DNA from: Opitutaceae bacterium UBA3033
GTDB taxonomy: Bacteria; Verrucomicrobiota; Verrucomicrobiia; Opitutales; Opitutaceae
Length of the DNA stretch: 53,020 nucleotides
Assembly: GCA_002367815.1 (NCBI GenBank)
Contig: DFDG01000055.1
Coordinates: 5,391-58,410, forward strand
Direction of reading: 5' to 3'
The position numbers were made by a program, and so were the translations under genes. How positions within the stretch are numbered: the first letter of the stretch is position 1; every line of letters begins with the position of its first letter. Below the pieces are notes generated by a model. That model saw only the letters and a program-made list of their open reading frames with translations, made no database searches and was not told the DNA's origin. Below, piece by piece: positions 38,740 to 53,020 of the stretch.

Positions 38740-38761
38740 ATTACTTCTTGTTTAATAACAT

Positions 38762-38794
38762 GAGCCGCTCCCTAACCGGGGCGGCTCTTTTTTT
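38762..38794 (+). terminator. Intrinsic terminator after the histone-like gene
   Basis: GAGCCGCTCC-CTAACC-GGGGCGGCTC-TTTTTTT. Confidence 0.85.
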
Positions 38795-38811
38795 GCGCAC
38801 ATGGCGCGCCG

Positions 38812-39273
38812 TCATTCGATGCGACCTTCGTCGAATTCCATCAAATCCACGACACTGTTGATCTGTTCCGCACGGTCGGCACAGCCCATGTTGGTCAATG
38901 CTTCCAACAAAAATTCCCGACCGGCAGGGGTCATCCCCTTCTGCACGTAGTTTCGATTCCATTTGGCGACGCGCAGGTCCGCCGGAAAAAGTTTGGCCAG
39001 GCCTTGATCGATTTCCGCATCGGTCACCGCCGCATGCACGATCTTTTCCACGTCGGTTGGTTCAATCCCGAGGTGCAGACAGAGAAACCGGTCCATGCCG
39101 CGCTTGTAATTCTTCGCATAACTGGGCGGCAGGGCACCGTGCGCCTTCACGTATTTCGCTTTCGCGATAAACCGGGGCAAATGCAGGAGACCGGTCGCGG
39201 CATGCGGCAAATATGCGGAGGGCAGGCTGGTCAGCACCTCGCCGGTGGACCCGGGAATAGGTTTCGATGGCAT
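38812..39273 (-). CDS. DUF5069-like protein (second, divergent paralog)
   Basis: GLLHLPRFIAK, GMDRFLCLHLGI, DLMEFDEGR; shares its pattern with 21198-21644. Confidence 0.78.
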   Translation of the reverse strand: MPSKPIPGSTGEVLTSLPSAYLPHAATGLLHLPRFIAKAKYVKAHGALPPSYAKNYKRGMDRFLCLHLGIEPTDVEKIVHAAVTDAEIDQGLAKLFPADLRVAKWNRNYVQKGMTPAGREFLLEALTNMGCADRAEQINSVVDLMEFDEGRIE

Positions 39274-39342
39274 AGTGCTGCGATACATCGCCGCAAATTC
39301 AAGATTCGGCAATCCAGTTTCAACTATCCGGCATGATTTAAA

Positions 39343-39436
39343 GGTGGGGACGGACCTCCGGGCAGTCCGCGCATCTCCTCGCTCTCTTTTTAGCCCCTCC
39401 GCTTGATTAGAGTAGCTACGAGCGTGAGCGAGTGGA
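39343..39436 (+). repeat. Two solitary REP-like half-elements
   Basis: GGTGGGGACGGAC-CTCCGGGCA-GTCCG (hairpin with a GTRG foot) and GTAGCTACGAGCGTGAGCGAGTGGA. Confidence 0.5.
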
Positions 39437-39451
39437 CAGGCCGAACTCGCA

Positions 39452-39989
39452 TCAATTCGCTTTTTCCCTGACCGGAACCTCAAACGGGGCCGGTGGACTC
39501 AGTTGCATCGCCGCAGAGGGTTCTCCCCTTTCCGGAATCACGCGCGAACGGTGGACATCGTAGTCCGGCACCAACCGTGAGTAGGGCAAGTCCATCAACG
39601 GCGACGAAATCATGAAGTCGGCCGAAGCTCGGTCGCAGGCAATGGGGATATTCCAGACCACGGCCATGCGCAGCAACGCGTTCACGTCGGGATCGTGCGG
39701 TTGCGGTTCGAGTGGATCCCAATAGAAGATGAGGCGAGTCGATCTCGCCATCCACAATCTTGGCGCCGATCTGCTGGTCGCCACCCAAGGGACCACTTTG
39801 CAGTTTGATGATGGGAAACCCGAGCCGTTTCTCTAAAAGCAAGCCCGTGGTGCCCGTGGCGAAGACCCTGTGATGCGCCAGCAGGTCGCGATTGAACTTC
39901 GCCCACTCCACGAGGTCGCGTTTTTTGTGATCGTGCGCCACCAGCGCGATCTTCTTGTCCAACTCCATGACCATTTGCTTGTAGGCCAT
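39452..39989 (-). pseudogene. mgsA: Methylglyoxal synthase, frameshifted
   Basis: N-half [27 protein letters not shown] lies in one frame; C-half [26 protein letters not shown] in another. One extra base at ~39734-39737 (GAC-TCGC-CTC). Confidence 0.9.
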
Positions 39990-40180
39990 AACCCAAAGTA
40001 TAGCAGGTTCTGTTCCGTCTTTCAGCGGTCAGGTTTGCTCCTTCCCTGCCCGGTGGGCACCATCTCCGGGCTCTCGCCCTGCGTCAGGTTTCAGCTTTTA
40101 AGATACCACCCATACCACGAACTCTGCCGTCCGTCCTCATTCGGGTTCATTTCAGCGATCGGTATGCTACAGTTTGGAAT

Positions 40181-40585
40181 ATGAATACCAGAGTTTTATT
40201 GATGGCGAGCAGTGGCGTGATGGGCGCAGTCGGCCTCGCGGCGTCCTTTGCCCCCACCGAGTTGCTCAGCGCACTGCACGTGATTCCGACGGGACCGTTG
40301 CCCGTGCTCATCCAACTGATGGGCGCGCTTTATCTGGCCTTCGCCATGGCGAATTGGACGGCGAAGGACAGCCTCATCGGCGGGATCTACGCCCGCCCGC
40401 TTTCGTTGGGCAACCTCCTGCATTTCATGGTGGGGGCGCTGGCCCTAGCGAAGTATGAGTTCGCGGCCGGCTTTCACGGACCCTTGGTCGCCGCCCTGGT
40501 GGTGTATGCGATCTTTGCCTTGGGCTTCGGCTGGTTGGTCTTTGGTCGCGGCGCGGCGTGCAAAGTTAATACCCCGGGCAGCTAA
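40181..40585 (+). CDS. Hypothetical 4-TM membrane protein
   Basis: Four hydrophobic segments; IGGIYARP motif. Confidence 0.75.
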   Translation: MNTRVLLMASSGVMGAVGLAASFAPTELLSALHVIPTGPLPVLIQLMGALYLAFAMANWTAKDSLIGGIYARPLSLGNLLHFMVGALALAKYEFAAGFHGPLVAALVVYAIFALGFGWLVFGRGAACKVNTPGS

Positions 40586-41022
40586 GAAGCGGCATAAAGC
40601 GGGCTCTTTTTATTTCGGGCTAAACGCGCAAACCGTTTCCGCCTATCAGCTTTTCGCTCACTGCTCTCAGCGTTCAGTTCTCAGGCTTCAGATTCTCGAG
40701 CCCCATCTCTTTGCTCTCTGCCCTACACACCTCAGGGCCGGACTTTGCGTCGTGCCATCTCCGACGTCCGCACTCAGCTTTTCTGTCCCCCAACCTGGAT
40801 ATGGGCCACGTGGCCCAATTCTCAGAGAGGCGTTATCAATCTGGGCTAGTTTCGCCGCAGCATTCGACCCAGAATTTGCCCATCATTCCGCAACCACACT
40901 AGGAATCCGCGACTAAGATGATGCCCACTGGTTACAAACCTGTTAGCTGGTCCGTTGCACACATGAGGAAACGCTTCAGCCTTCACCAGGCCTACGGCAG
41001 ACAGGCACATCCGCGCGGATAC

Positions 41023-42504
41023 TCAGGGCAAGTCAGTATTGCCCATCAAAAATCTATCGCACTCGCGGGCGGCTCCGCGACCTTCGTTGATGGCCCAGAC
41101 GACGAGTGATTGACCGCGGCGGCAATCGCCGGCGGCAAATACTCCGGGGATGCTCGTGGTGTATTTCTCGTGCTCGGCCTTCACGTTGGAACGCGCGTCG
41201 GTTTCGATTTTGATTTCCTTGAGCAAGGCCTGTTCGGGTCCAAGGAAGCCCATCGCCAACAACACGAGTTGCGCGGGGTGGGTTTTTTCCGTGCCGGGTT
41301 GCTCCTGCGGGACGAACTGACCTTTTTCGTTTTTGTCCCACTTGATCTCCACGGTCACGAGTTCCTTTAGATTGCCCTGCTTGTCGCCGATGAATTTTTT
41401 CACCGTGGTCAGATAGATGCGCGGATCGTCGCCGAACTTCGCAGCGGCTTCTTCCTGGCCATAGTCCATCTTGTAGACCTTGGGCCACTCCGGCCAGGGA
41501 TTGTTCGCCTGCCGCTCCATTGCGGGCTTCGGCAAAATTTCAATCTGGATCAGGCTCTTGCAGCCGTGACGCATCGAAGTGCCCACACAATCAGTGCCGG
41601 TGTCACCGCCACCGATGACGATCACATCCTTGCCCTCGGCGTTGATCGGACTCGGACCTTCGTTGGCCAGCACGGCCTTGGTGTTGGCCGTGAGAAATTC
41701 CATCGCAAAGTGCACACCCTTGAGTTCACGGCCCTCGATGGGCAGATCACGTGGCTGCGTCGCCCCGGTGCAAATCACCGTGGCGTCGTATTCGTGGAGA
41801 AAGATTTCCGGTTCCACATTCTCACCGACGTTGGCATTGCAGATGAATTTGATGCCTTCCTGCTCCATGAGCTTGATGCGGCGGAGCACCACATCCTGCT
41901 TATCGAGCTTCATGTTGGGAATGCCATACATCAACAAACCGCCCGGACGGTCGGCCCGTTCAAAGACCGTGACGGAGTGACCGGCTTGGTTGAGCTGCGC
42001 GGCGGCGGAGAGGCCGGAAGGACCGGAACCAATGATCGCGACTTTCTTGCCGGTGCGAACCTTGGGGGCCTGCGGCAAAACCCAACCTTCATCCCAACCC
42101 CGGTCGGTGATCGCGGCTTCGATATTCTTGATGGTGACCGGCGGACCGTTGAGGCCGAGCACGCATGAACCTTCACAAGGTGCAGGACAGACCCGGCCGG
42201 TGAATTCCGGGAAATTGTTCGTCTTGTGCAGGCGGCCCAGCGCTTCCTGCCACTGATTGCGGTAAACCAAATCGTTCCACTCGGGAATCAGGTTGTTGAT
42301 CGGGCAACCGGATGCCATGCCACCAATCAATTTGCCGGTATGGCAGAACGGAACGCCGCAATCCATGCAACGTGCACCCTGATTGCGGAGCTTTCGGGGC
42401 TCCATGTGTTGATGAAACTCCTTCCAATCGCGCACGCGCTCAAGTGGCGCCCGGTCAATCGGTAGTTCACGCAAATATTCGATAAATCCTGTTGGCTTGC
42501 CCAT
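41023..42504 (-). CDS. gltD: Glutamate synthase small subunit
   Basis: [58 protein letters not shown]. Confidence 0.97.
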   Translation of the reverse strand: MGKPTGFIEYLRELPIDRAPLERVRDWKEFHQHMEPRKLRNQGARCMDCGVPFCHTGKLIGGMASGCPINNLIPEWNDLVYRNQWQEALGRLHKTNNFPEFTGRVCPAPCEGSCVLGLNGPPVTIKNIEAAITDRGWDEGWVLPQAPKVRTGKKVAIIGSGPSGLSAAAQLNQAGHSVTVFERADRPGGLLMYGIPNMKLDKQDVVLRRIKLMEQEGIKFICNANVGENVEPEIFLHEYDATVICTGATQPRDLPIEGRELKGVHFAMEFLTANTKAVLANEGPSPINAEGKDVIVIGGGDTGTDCVGTSMRHGCKSLIQIEILPKPAMERQANNPWPEWPKVYKMDYGQEEAAAKFGDDPRIYLTTVKKFIGDKQGNLKELVTVEIKWDKNEKGQFVPQEQPGTEKTHPAQLVLLAMGFLGPEQALLKEIKIETDARSNVKAEHEKYTTSIPGVFAAGDCRRGQSLVVWAINEGRGAARECDRFLMGNTDLP

Positions 42505-42515
42505 GGTAGATAAAA

Positions 42516-42564
42516 AGTAACGGGTAGTTAGTAGCGGTTAGTGGGTAACGGGTGGAAAAGTGGA
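42516..42564. repeat. Degenerate heptamer tandem repeat between gltB and gltD
   Basis: AGTAACG-GGTAGTT-AGTAGCG-GTTAGTG-GGTAACG-GGTGGAA. Confidence 0.5.
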
Positions 42565-42623
42565 GACTGGTTGGCGGGATTGGAATGCTCGCGGGTCGAT
42601 ATTTTCTACTCGTTGCTTTCAGT

Positions 42624-47246
<4,623 letters not shown>

Positions 47247-47338
47247 GGAAGTAGATCTCAAGGCGGGCGGGAAAAGGAGGTGAGCTGAATCTATGCCACT
47301 GTGGCTCGGTTTTGTAAGCAGGTCGTTGGTAGTCAGGC

Positions 47339-47370
47339 AAAAAAAAGGCCGTCTTTGGTGAGAGACGGCC
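47339..47370 (-). terminator. Intrinsic terminator after the glutaredoxin gene
   Basis: GGCCGTCT-CTCACCAA-AGACGGCC-TTTTTTTT. Confidence 0.85.
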
Positions 47371-47398
47371 CGGAAGTTTATTATCGGATGCCCTCAGT

Positions 47399-47734
47399 TT
47401 AGAAGAATCGTATGGTTTTAGTCGCCATTTTGGCATGTTCATCGTCCGAACAGCCCGCGTTGGTGGGGACTTCAGCCGATAAATCCGTCGGTTTAACCAA
47501 GTCGTTGCTCAGAAGGTAGTTTTCCACCTCTTCGCCTGAGATATCTGCAAGCATGACTCCGTCAATCTCCACGCAAGGTGATAGAGGCTGGCCTGATTTT
47601 TGGACCATCTCCGCGTAATTTTCCCGGTTATTGATGATATCGATATCATCATACGCGAGGGCATGCTTGCTCATTACTGCGCGAACGCCGTTAGACCAGC
47701 CGCACTGGGGCTTGAGATATGCTTTAATCTTCAT
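47399..47734 (-). CDS. Glutaredoxin-like protein (CGWS)
   Basis: KPQCGWS, SGQ..SPCVEIDG. Confidence 0.82.
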   Translation of the reverse strand: MKIKAYLKPQCGWSNGVRAVMSKHALAYDDIDIINNRENYAEMVQKSGQPLSPCVEIDGVMLADISGEEVENYLLSNDLVKPTDLSAEVPTNAGCSDDEHAKMATKTIRFF

Positions 47735-47830
47735 GGTGTAATGTGCCTCCGAGTGAAGGGACGTGCAAGATAACGGACGAGTTTTTGCACCGGCAAGTGC
47801 AAGTTTTCTAAATCTATGGCATATGACGGG

Positions 47831-48655
47831 CTAATAAGTGCGTAGTCCGCGACGAAAATCCGTCGGGGTAACCCCACACTTCTGCCTAAACTGCCTCGAG
47901 AAATAGAAAATGTCCTGAAAACCAACGATTTCGGCAATACTGCCAATCGTCAGATCTGACTCGGCCAGCAACTGCCGGGCACGCTCGATCTTGGCGTTAA
48001 TAATATAATCCTGGGGCCTCTGTCGGGTGATCTTGAGGAATATCCGGGAAAAATGATCCACACTGTAGCCTGCTTTTCCGGCCAGTTCACTCACGGGGGG
48101 AGTTTTTGCGGGGCTTTCCCTGATCAAGGCGGCCGTTTGCATCACAATATCGCGGTGGCGCTGTTCCGTTCCAGGGGTCTCCATTTGCAGTGACGCAACG
48201 TGCTCACGGCTCAACTCAGCCAACAAACCCGCCATCAGCGCTGAGGCGGCACCGACGGCGTTGGGCTCATTGCCGAGATCGATGATCCGTCGCATCAGGG
48301 TATCAACGAATTCCACCTGTCGGGTGCGATGAACTTCAAACGGCGGGTTGAAAGCGGATAAAGGCAAATCTTGGACAGCCTCGATACTGGAGAAATGGAT
48401 GAAATTAACCCCCAATCTAGCCTTCGGATCCTGCACCGCCTCGTAACGACGACCCGGTCTCATCCAAAGGCAGACTCCGGGCCGGAGCCCGATTTCGCCC
48501 GAGGACAATCGCATACGGCCCTGCCCATCCCAGACGAACCAAAGATCGAAGTCCCGCAACGCTTTCGCCCAACTGCGACCCAAGTTCCAGCCCGGTTCAC
48601 AACGCACCCGGGCGCTTTGATTTATCCTGATATCGGTTGGTTTGAGTGAAATCAT
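47831..48655 (-). CDS. AraC-family transcriptional regulator
   Basis: Cupin-like N-domain; ELAGKAGYSVDHFSRIF, IAEIVGFQDIFYFSRQFRQKCGVTPTDFR. Confidence 0.92.
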   Translation of the reverse strand: MISLKPTDIRINQSARVRCEPGWNLGRSWAKALRDFDLWFVWDGQGRMRLSSGEIGLRPGVCLWMRPGRRYEAVQDPKARLGVNFIHFSSIEAVQDLPLSAFNPPFEVHRTRQVEFVDTLMRRIIDLGNEPNAVGAASALMAGLLAELSREHVASLQMETPGTEQRHRDIVMQTAALIRESPAKTPPVSELAGKAGYSVDHFSRIFLKITRQRPQDYIINAKIERARQLLAESDLTIGSIAEIVGFQDIFYFSRQFRQKCGVTPTDFRRGLRTY

Positions 48656-48759
48656 ATAATATCGGATAAATACAAATTATTAGCGGCGATATGCATGGCC
48701 CTGCAACCGCATTATCTGCTAGATTATGGAAACTTCGTTTCCCAGCTCCCCCTACTTTT

Positions 48760-49623
48760 ATGGTACTGCCCTCAATCAAGCACATCGATCACGGTTCTGA
48801 AATGCATGACCCCGAACTCTACCAACCCGCGAGTGAGGGGTTTGGCGTCGAGCGCTTCGAGGACATCGGTCCCGAAGAAATAAAACACTATAACGAGCAG
48901 GGCTATTTGATCGTCCGCCAAGCTTTCACGGAAAAAGAAATCCAAGCCGCCAAGCAGGGACTCATGGATCTTATCATGGGGAAGAACCCGGATTACACGG
49001 GGGTAATGTTCGAAGCCAAAGCCCAGGATATTCTGCCCACTTTGAGTTTGGAAGAGCGTCAGGATGCGGTGCGCAAGTTGATGGCCTTCGTCGAATTTGA
49101 TGCCCGTTTAAAAGCTATTTCCCATCACCCCAAGCTGCTGCAAACCATCCGCACGCTGCTGGGCAATCGCGACTCGCAGATGTTTCAGGATATGGCCCTG
49201 CTCAAGCCACCCCGTCTCGGTCGGGAAAAGCCCTGGCATCAGGACAAAGCCTATTTCAACTACCCTTTGGATACGCCTGTGGTCGGCGTATGGATCGCGC
49301 TCGACGAAGCCACGATCGACAACGGCTGTATGCAGTTTCTGCAGGGACAACACCGCAAGGGTCCGCAAATTCACTTCCAGAAACGTGACTGGCAGATCTG
49401 CGACACCCAGATCATGGGACAGCGTTCGACTGCCGCACCGTTGCAGCCGGGCGGCATGCTTTTGTTCAGTGGGCTCCTGCCGCACGGCACCCCGCATAAT
49501 GCCTCGGGTAAGCGCCGGCGGGCGCTCCAATACCACTACGCCCCGGCTGATGTTTCCACGCTGCCCGACAACGACGAACGCCTGATGCACTTCGGCAGCG
49601 AAGGCAAAGATGTTACGTGCTGA
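48760..49623 (+). CDS. PhyH-family Fe(II)/2-oxoglutarate dioxygenase (canonical HxD)
   Basis: YNEQGYL, KPP, PWHQD, WIALDEAT.DNGCM, LPHGT, RRA. Start at 48760 or 48802. Confidence 0.9.
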   Translation: MVLPSIKHIDHGSEMHDPELYQPASEGFGVERFEDIGPEEIKHYNEQGYLIVRQAFTEKEIQAAKQGLMDLIMGKNPDYTGVMFEAKAQDILPTLSLEERQDAVRKLMAFVEFDARLKAISHHPKLLQTIRTLLGNRDSQMFQDMALLKPPRLGREKPWHQDKAYFNYPLDTPVVGVWIALDEATIDNGCMQFLQGQHRKGPQIHFQKRDWQICDTQIMGQRSTAAPLQPGGMLLFSGLLPHGTPHNASGKRRRALQYHYAPADVSTLPDNDERLMHFGSEGKDVTC

Positions 49624-49633
49624 ACAGGCGCTT

Positions 49634-50623
49634 TTAGCCGAAGGCCTGCATTCTGAGCCCTCGTAGAGTTGCAATACCCGCGAGACTTTCGACGGCGGGT
49701 AGCGGTCGCGGTTCGGTGCACCGGCGGCGGCCGCTTTGGAGTTGATAGTAATTCAGATGCTTTTGCACAAACGCGCGGGAGCCCAGCACCGCACCGTCGC
49801 TGAAGTAGCGCACCCGGCAGCGCAGCACGGCGGTGAGCGGGAGCTCGCCCTTGGTTTTCAAGACTTGTTTGAACTTCTCGGTCGGGATCGCCTGCCCCTT
49901 GGTTTGCGGTCCGGATCCGCGGCCAAATAGCATTTGCCGGTAGCTGCTATGTGCCCCTTGCCAAGTCTGTGCTCCCATGACATGTCCGAGACCGGTGCGG
50001 GCCTTGGGGCTACCGGCCACGGCTTCGCCGTAGCCGCAGAACCGGTAGTCTTTGGGATCTTTGACCAACCCGGCGCGGACGGCGTTCAGATCGATGTAGG
50101 CAGACATCACCGCTGTGACTCTTTGATTACCCTCGACCAGCACGCTTTTGAAGCGTTCGGACCAGAGGGTGCCGTAGCGTTTATGGGAACGATTATACCA
50201 GACGGCGAACCGTTGTTTAACCAGTTTCATGAACTGGGAGACATCTCCCATTAAAGCCAATTGGCGTTCCCTCCACGCGGAGGCTTCTGATTCGTCCGGG
50301 GTCTTGAGTTGCTCGGTCAGGGCCTCGACCCGGGCCACCTGATACTTGGTGGGTTTGGGATAGAGAATCGCGTAGCGGCGCAAGAGTTCCTGATCGGAGA
50401 GAGCGATCTTTTTTGGCACCCGCAAAAGGACATGGAAATGGTTACTCATCAGCGCGTAGGTCACAATCTGAACACCACAATATTCGGCTACCTGCCAGAG
50501 TTGCTTGCGTAGGGTCTCCTTCGCCACGTCATGTAAGAGCATCTCCCCGTTCACCGTCCGGGTCATGCAATGGTAGAGTGCTTCCTCCTGCCCTGCATCC
50601 ACTTTGATCCGCGACGTCCGCAT
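49634..50623 (-). mobile_element. Y1 HUH transposase, REP-associated tyrosine transposase (RAYT)-like
   Basis: YHCMTR, YALMSNHFHVLL (HUH), GTLWSERFKS, YIDLNAVRAGLVKDPKDYRF (RAYT-like N-x-VRAG), C-terminal RVRYFSDGAVLGS. Confidence 0.88.
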
Positions 50624-50790
50624 GCCAGATACCCTGCCCCATCAGCCCTCTCCCGTCAAGCGTTATTAACCTGTCCCTTTTTATTAAGTTCTTAATGGTC
50701 GGTTGTTTCGCAGTTCTGGTGAGGGAGCGTTGTCGGCGCGGAAAAATTTTCGCCTAGCCGACGTCATCGAGTTGCGCCATACACGCGCCA

Positions 50791-51771
50791 ATGAAAGTGC
50801 TCGTGACCGGTGCCGCCGGCTTTATCGGCTACCATGTCTGCCAACGTCTTGCTGCCCATCCCGGTTGCGATGTGCTGGGGGTGGACAACCTCAATGACTA
50901 TTACGATGTCGGTTTGAAGCGCGCCCGTTTGGCTCAGCTCGACCCATTGGATAACTTTCGCTTCGTGCAATCTGATTTCGCCCAGACCGGCATGCTCGCC
51001 GGACTTTGGGCCCACTTTAAACCGGACTACGCGGTGCATCTCGGCGCCCAGGCGAATGTGCGCTACAGTGTCACGCATCCCGCCGCGTATGTGCAGAGCA
51101 ACCTCGTGGGCTTTCACAACATGCTCGAGGCCGCGCGTGCGCATCCACCCAAGCACACGGTATTTGCTTCTTCGAGCAGTGTTTATGGCGCGACCGCCGC
51201 CATTCCTTTCGCCGAGGATGGCGATACCAGCCATCCGCTCTCGTTCTATGGCGCGACGAAAAAAGCCAACGAAGCCATGGCGCACAGTTATGCCCATCTG
51301 CACGGACTGGCGCTGACGGGACTGAGGTTTTTCAACGTTTATGGTCCCTGGGGCCGGCCCGACACCGCGCCGACCCTTTTTGCAAAAGCGATATTTGCCA
51401 GTGAACCGATCGATCTCTTTGCCGAGGGCAAGGCGCGACGCGATTTCACCTACATCAATGACATCGTGGATGGTGTGGTGAAAGTGCTGCTTTATCCGCC
51501 GGTTGAGAAACCCCTGCCACCCTATCGCATTTTTAATCTCGGGCATAATCGCCCCGTCGAAACCTTGCTGTTTGTGCGCATGTTGGAGCAGCTCATCGGA
51601 CGCGAGGCCAAGCTCAATCTGCTGCCAGCCCAACCGGCCGATGTGCCCGAAACCTGTGCTTCGCTCGAACGCATCCAGGCCGTCATTGGATATGCGCCAA
51701 GAGTCCCGTTGGAGGAAGGCCTGCGCCACTTCGTGGACTGGTTTAGGACTTATTATCAGCCTGATTCCTGA
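50791..51771 (+). CDS. NAD-dependent epimerase, UDP-glucuronate 4-epimerase-like
   Basis: TGAAGFIG, DNLNDYYD, ASSSSVYG, YGATKK, LRFFNVYGPWGRPD, RDFTYI. Confidence 0.92.
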   Translation: MKVLVTGAAGFIGYHVCQRLAAHPGCDVLGVDNLNDYYDVGLKRARLAQLDPLDNFRFVQSDFAQTGMLAGLWAHFKPDYAVHLGAQANVRYSVTHPAAYVQSNLVGFHNMLEAARAHPPKHTVFASSSSVYGATAAIPFAEDGDTSHPLSFYGATKKANEAMAHSYAHLHGLALTGLRFFNVYGPWGRPDTAPTLFAKAIFASEPIDLFAEGKARRDFTYINDIVDGVVKVLLYPPVEKPLPPYRIFNLGHNRPVETLLFVRMLEQLIGREAKLNLLPAQPADVPETCASLERIQAVIGYAPRVPLEEGLRHFVDWFRTYYQPDS

Positions 51772-51919
51772 CCGATTCGGCGTTGAGTTAATAGGTGTGC
51801 AAAGAAACGTCGCACTCCGTCCTTGCGCGCAGACCTACAGCGATGAATGTCTACTGACATAACGCTGTCACTCCCCGCTGATATTATCCTCCCCACTCTA
51901 ATCCAAATACACTGTTCCC

Positions 51920-52993
51920 ATGTCCAAAGCTTCATCCGCCAAAACGTCCCCCACTGCCCTCGCCCACACGGGTCGCGAAAAAAACATCGAGCTCGCACTT
52001 TCTTCGATCACCAAACAATTCGGCGAGGGTTCCATCATGCGGCTGGGTAGCAATGCCCACATGAAAGTCGAGACCTTGAGCACGGGATCTTTGGCCGTTG
52101 ATCTGGCCCTGGGCGTCGGCGGGTTGCCGAAGGGGCGGATCGTGGAAATTTATGGCCCGGAATCCTCCGGCAAAACCACCTTTTGTTTGAGCGTAATAGC
52201 TGAAGCCCAGAAAGCCGGTGGCTTGGCCGCATTCATCGATGTGGAGCATGCCCTTGACCCGAAGTTTGCGCGGATCGCGGGCGTAAATCTCGATGACCTG
52301 CTCGTATCGCAACCCGATTCAGGTGAGGATGCACTCAACATCATGGAGACCCTCATCCGCTCCAATTCGATTGATGTTATCGTGCTCGATTCCGTAGCCG
52401 CGCTGACCACCCGCGCGGAACTCGACGGCCAGATGGGCGATGCCACCGTCGGTGCGCAGGCCCGCCTGATGTCGCAAGCCATGCGCCGCCTCACCGCCGT
52501 GGTTAGTAAGACCAACTGCATATGTATTTTCACCAATCAGATTCGCGAAAAGATCGGCGTGATGTTTGGCAGCCCCGAGACCACTTCAGGCGGCCGGGCC
52601 CTCAAATTTTTCTCCAGTGTGCGCATCGACATCCGCCGCCGCGATCAGATCAAGACTCCTGACGGCAAAGTCATCGGTAATCGCACCAAGATCAAAATTG
52701 TGAAGAACAAGGTCGCCCCGCCGTTCACCGAATGCGAATTCGACATCATGTATGACGAGGGAATTTCGCAGACCGGGTCGATGATCGACTTGGGCATTGA
52801 GCACAAGATTCTCGAAAAACGTGGCGCTTGGATTTCCTTTGATGGCGAACTTATCGGCCAGGGCCGCGATGCCGCGAAACTCACCTTAAAGGAGAAACCA
52901 GAAATGGCCGCGAAGGTAACCAAGGCCGTCCTTGAAAAAGTTAACGTCAAGGGCGGAGAAAACATCACTGGCGACGCCGACAAGAAAGAGTAA
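51920..52993 (+). CDS. recA: Recombinase A
   Basis: [51 protein letters not shown]. Confidence 0.99.
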   Translation: MSKASSAKTSPTALAHTGREKNIELALSSITKQFGEGSIMRLGSNAHMKVETLSTGSLAVDLALGVGGLPKGRIVEIYGPESSGKTTFCLSVIAEAQKAGGLAAFIDVEHALDPKFARIAGVNLDDLLVSQPDSGEDALNIMETLIRSNSIDVIVLDSVAALTTRAELDGQMGDATVGAQARLMSQAMRRLTAVVSKTNCICIFTNQIREKIGVMFGSPETTSGGRALKFFSSVRIDIRRRDQIKTPDGKVIGNRTKIKIVKNKVAPPFTECEFDIMYDEGISQTGSMIDLGIEHKILEKRGAWISFDGELIGQGRDAAKLTLKEKPEMAAKVTKAVLEKVNVKGGENITGDADKKE

Positions 52994-53020
52994 ACCGAAA
53001 CAATTGCGGCCCGTGCTTAG

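Overview
A ~57% GC (visual estimate) bacterial chromosomal window whose gene content suggests Verrucomicrobiota, probably Opitutales/Opitutaceae (inference from two DUF5069-like genes, DUF3016, the RAYT-type transposase and the repeat styles). Housekeeping and metabolic genes dominate: two Hsp20s, MalY/PatB, dusB, MarC, RarD, FKBP, UDG, DEAD-box helicase, RRM protein, Hsp15, a two-gene NAD-linked formate dehydrogenase, gluconokinase, penicillin acylase, upp, gltBD and recA. Accessory content includes a 4-gene enolase-superfamily catabolic cluster, two divergent AraC/PhyH pairs and a SIS/sugar-kinase pair. No rRNA, tRNA or CRISPR array was seen. The least explained signals are: (1) a decayed small HTH gene missed by the ORF track that runs exactly from one copy of a GTGTAACC-N5-GGTTACAC palindrome to a second copy; (2) REP-like hairpins with other palindromic modules nested in their loops, plus a stand-alone RAYT-like HUH transposase; (3) an unannotated 34-aa Lys/Ala histone-H1-like gene behind an exact 20-bp-periodic CGCG/A-tract array and an atypical-kinase-like ORF; (4) a PhyH-family enzyme with HxG instead of HxD; (5) highly structured leaders on the RRM and DEAD-helicase genes; (6) three independently disrupted genes. 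Family assignments come from motif recognition by eye; no searches were run.
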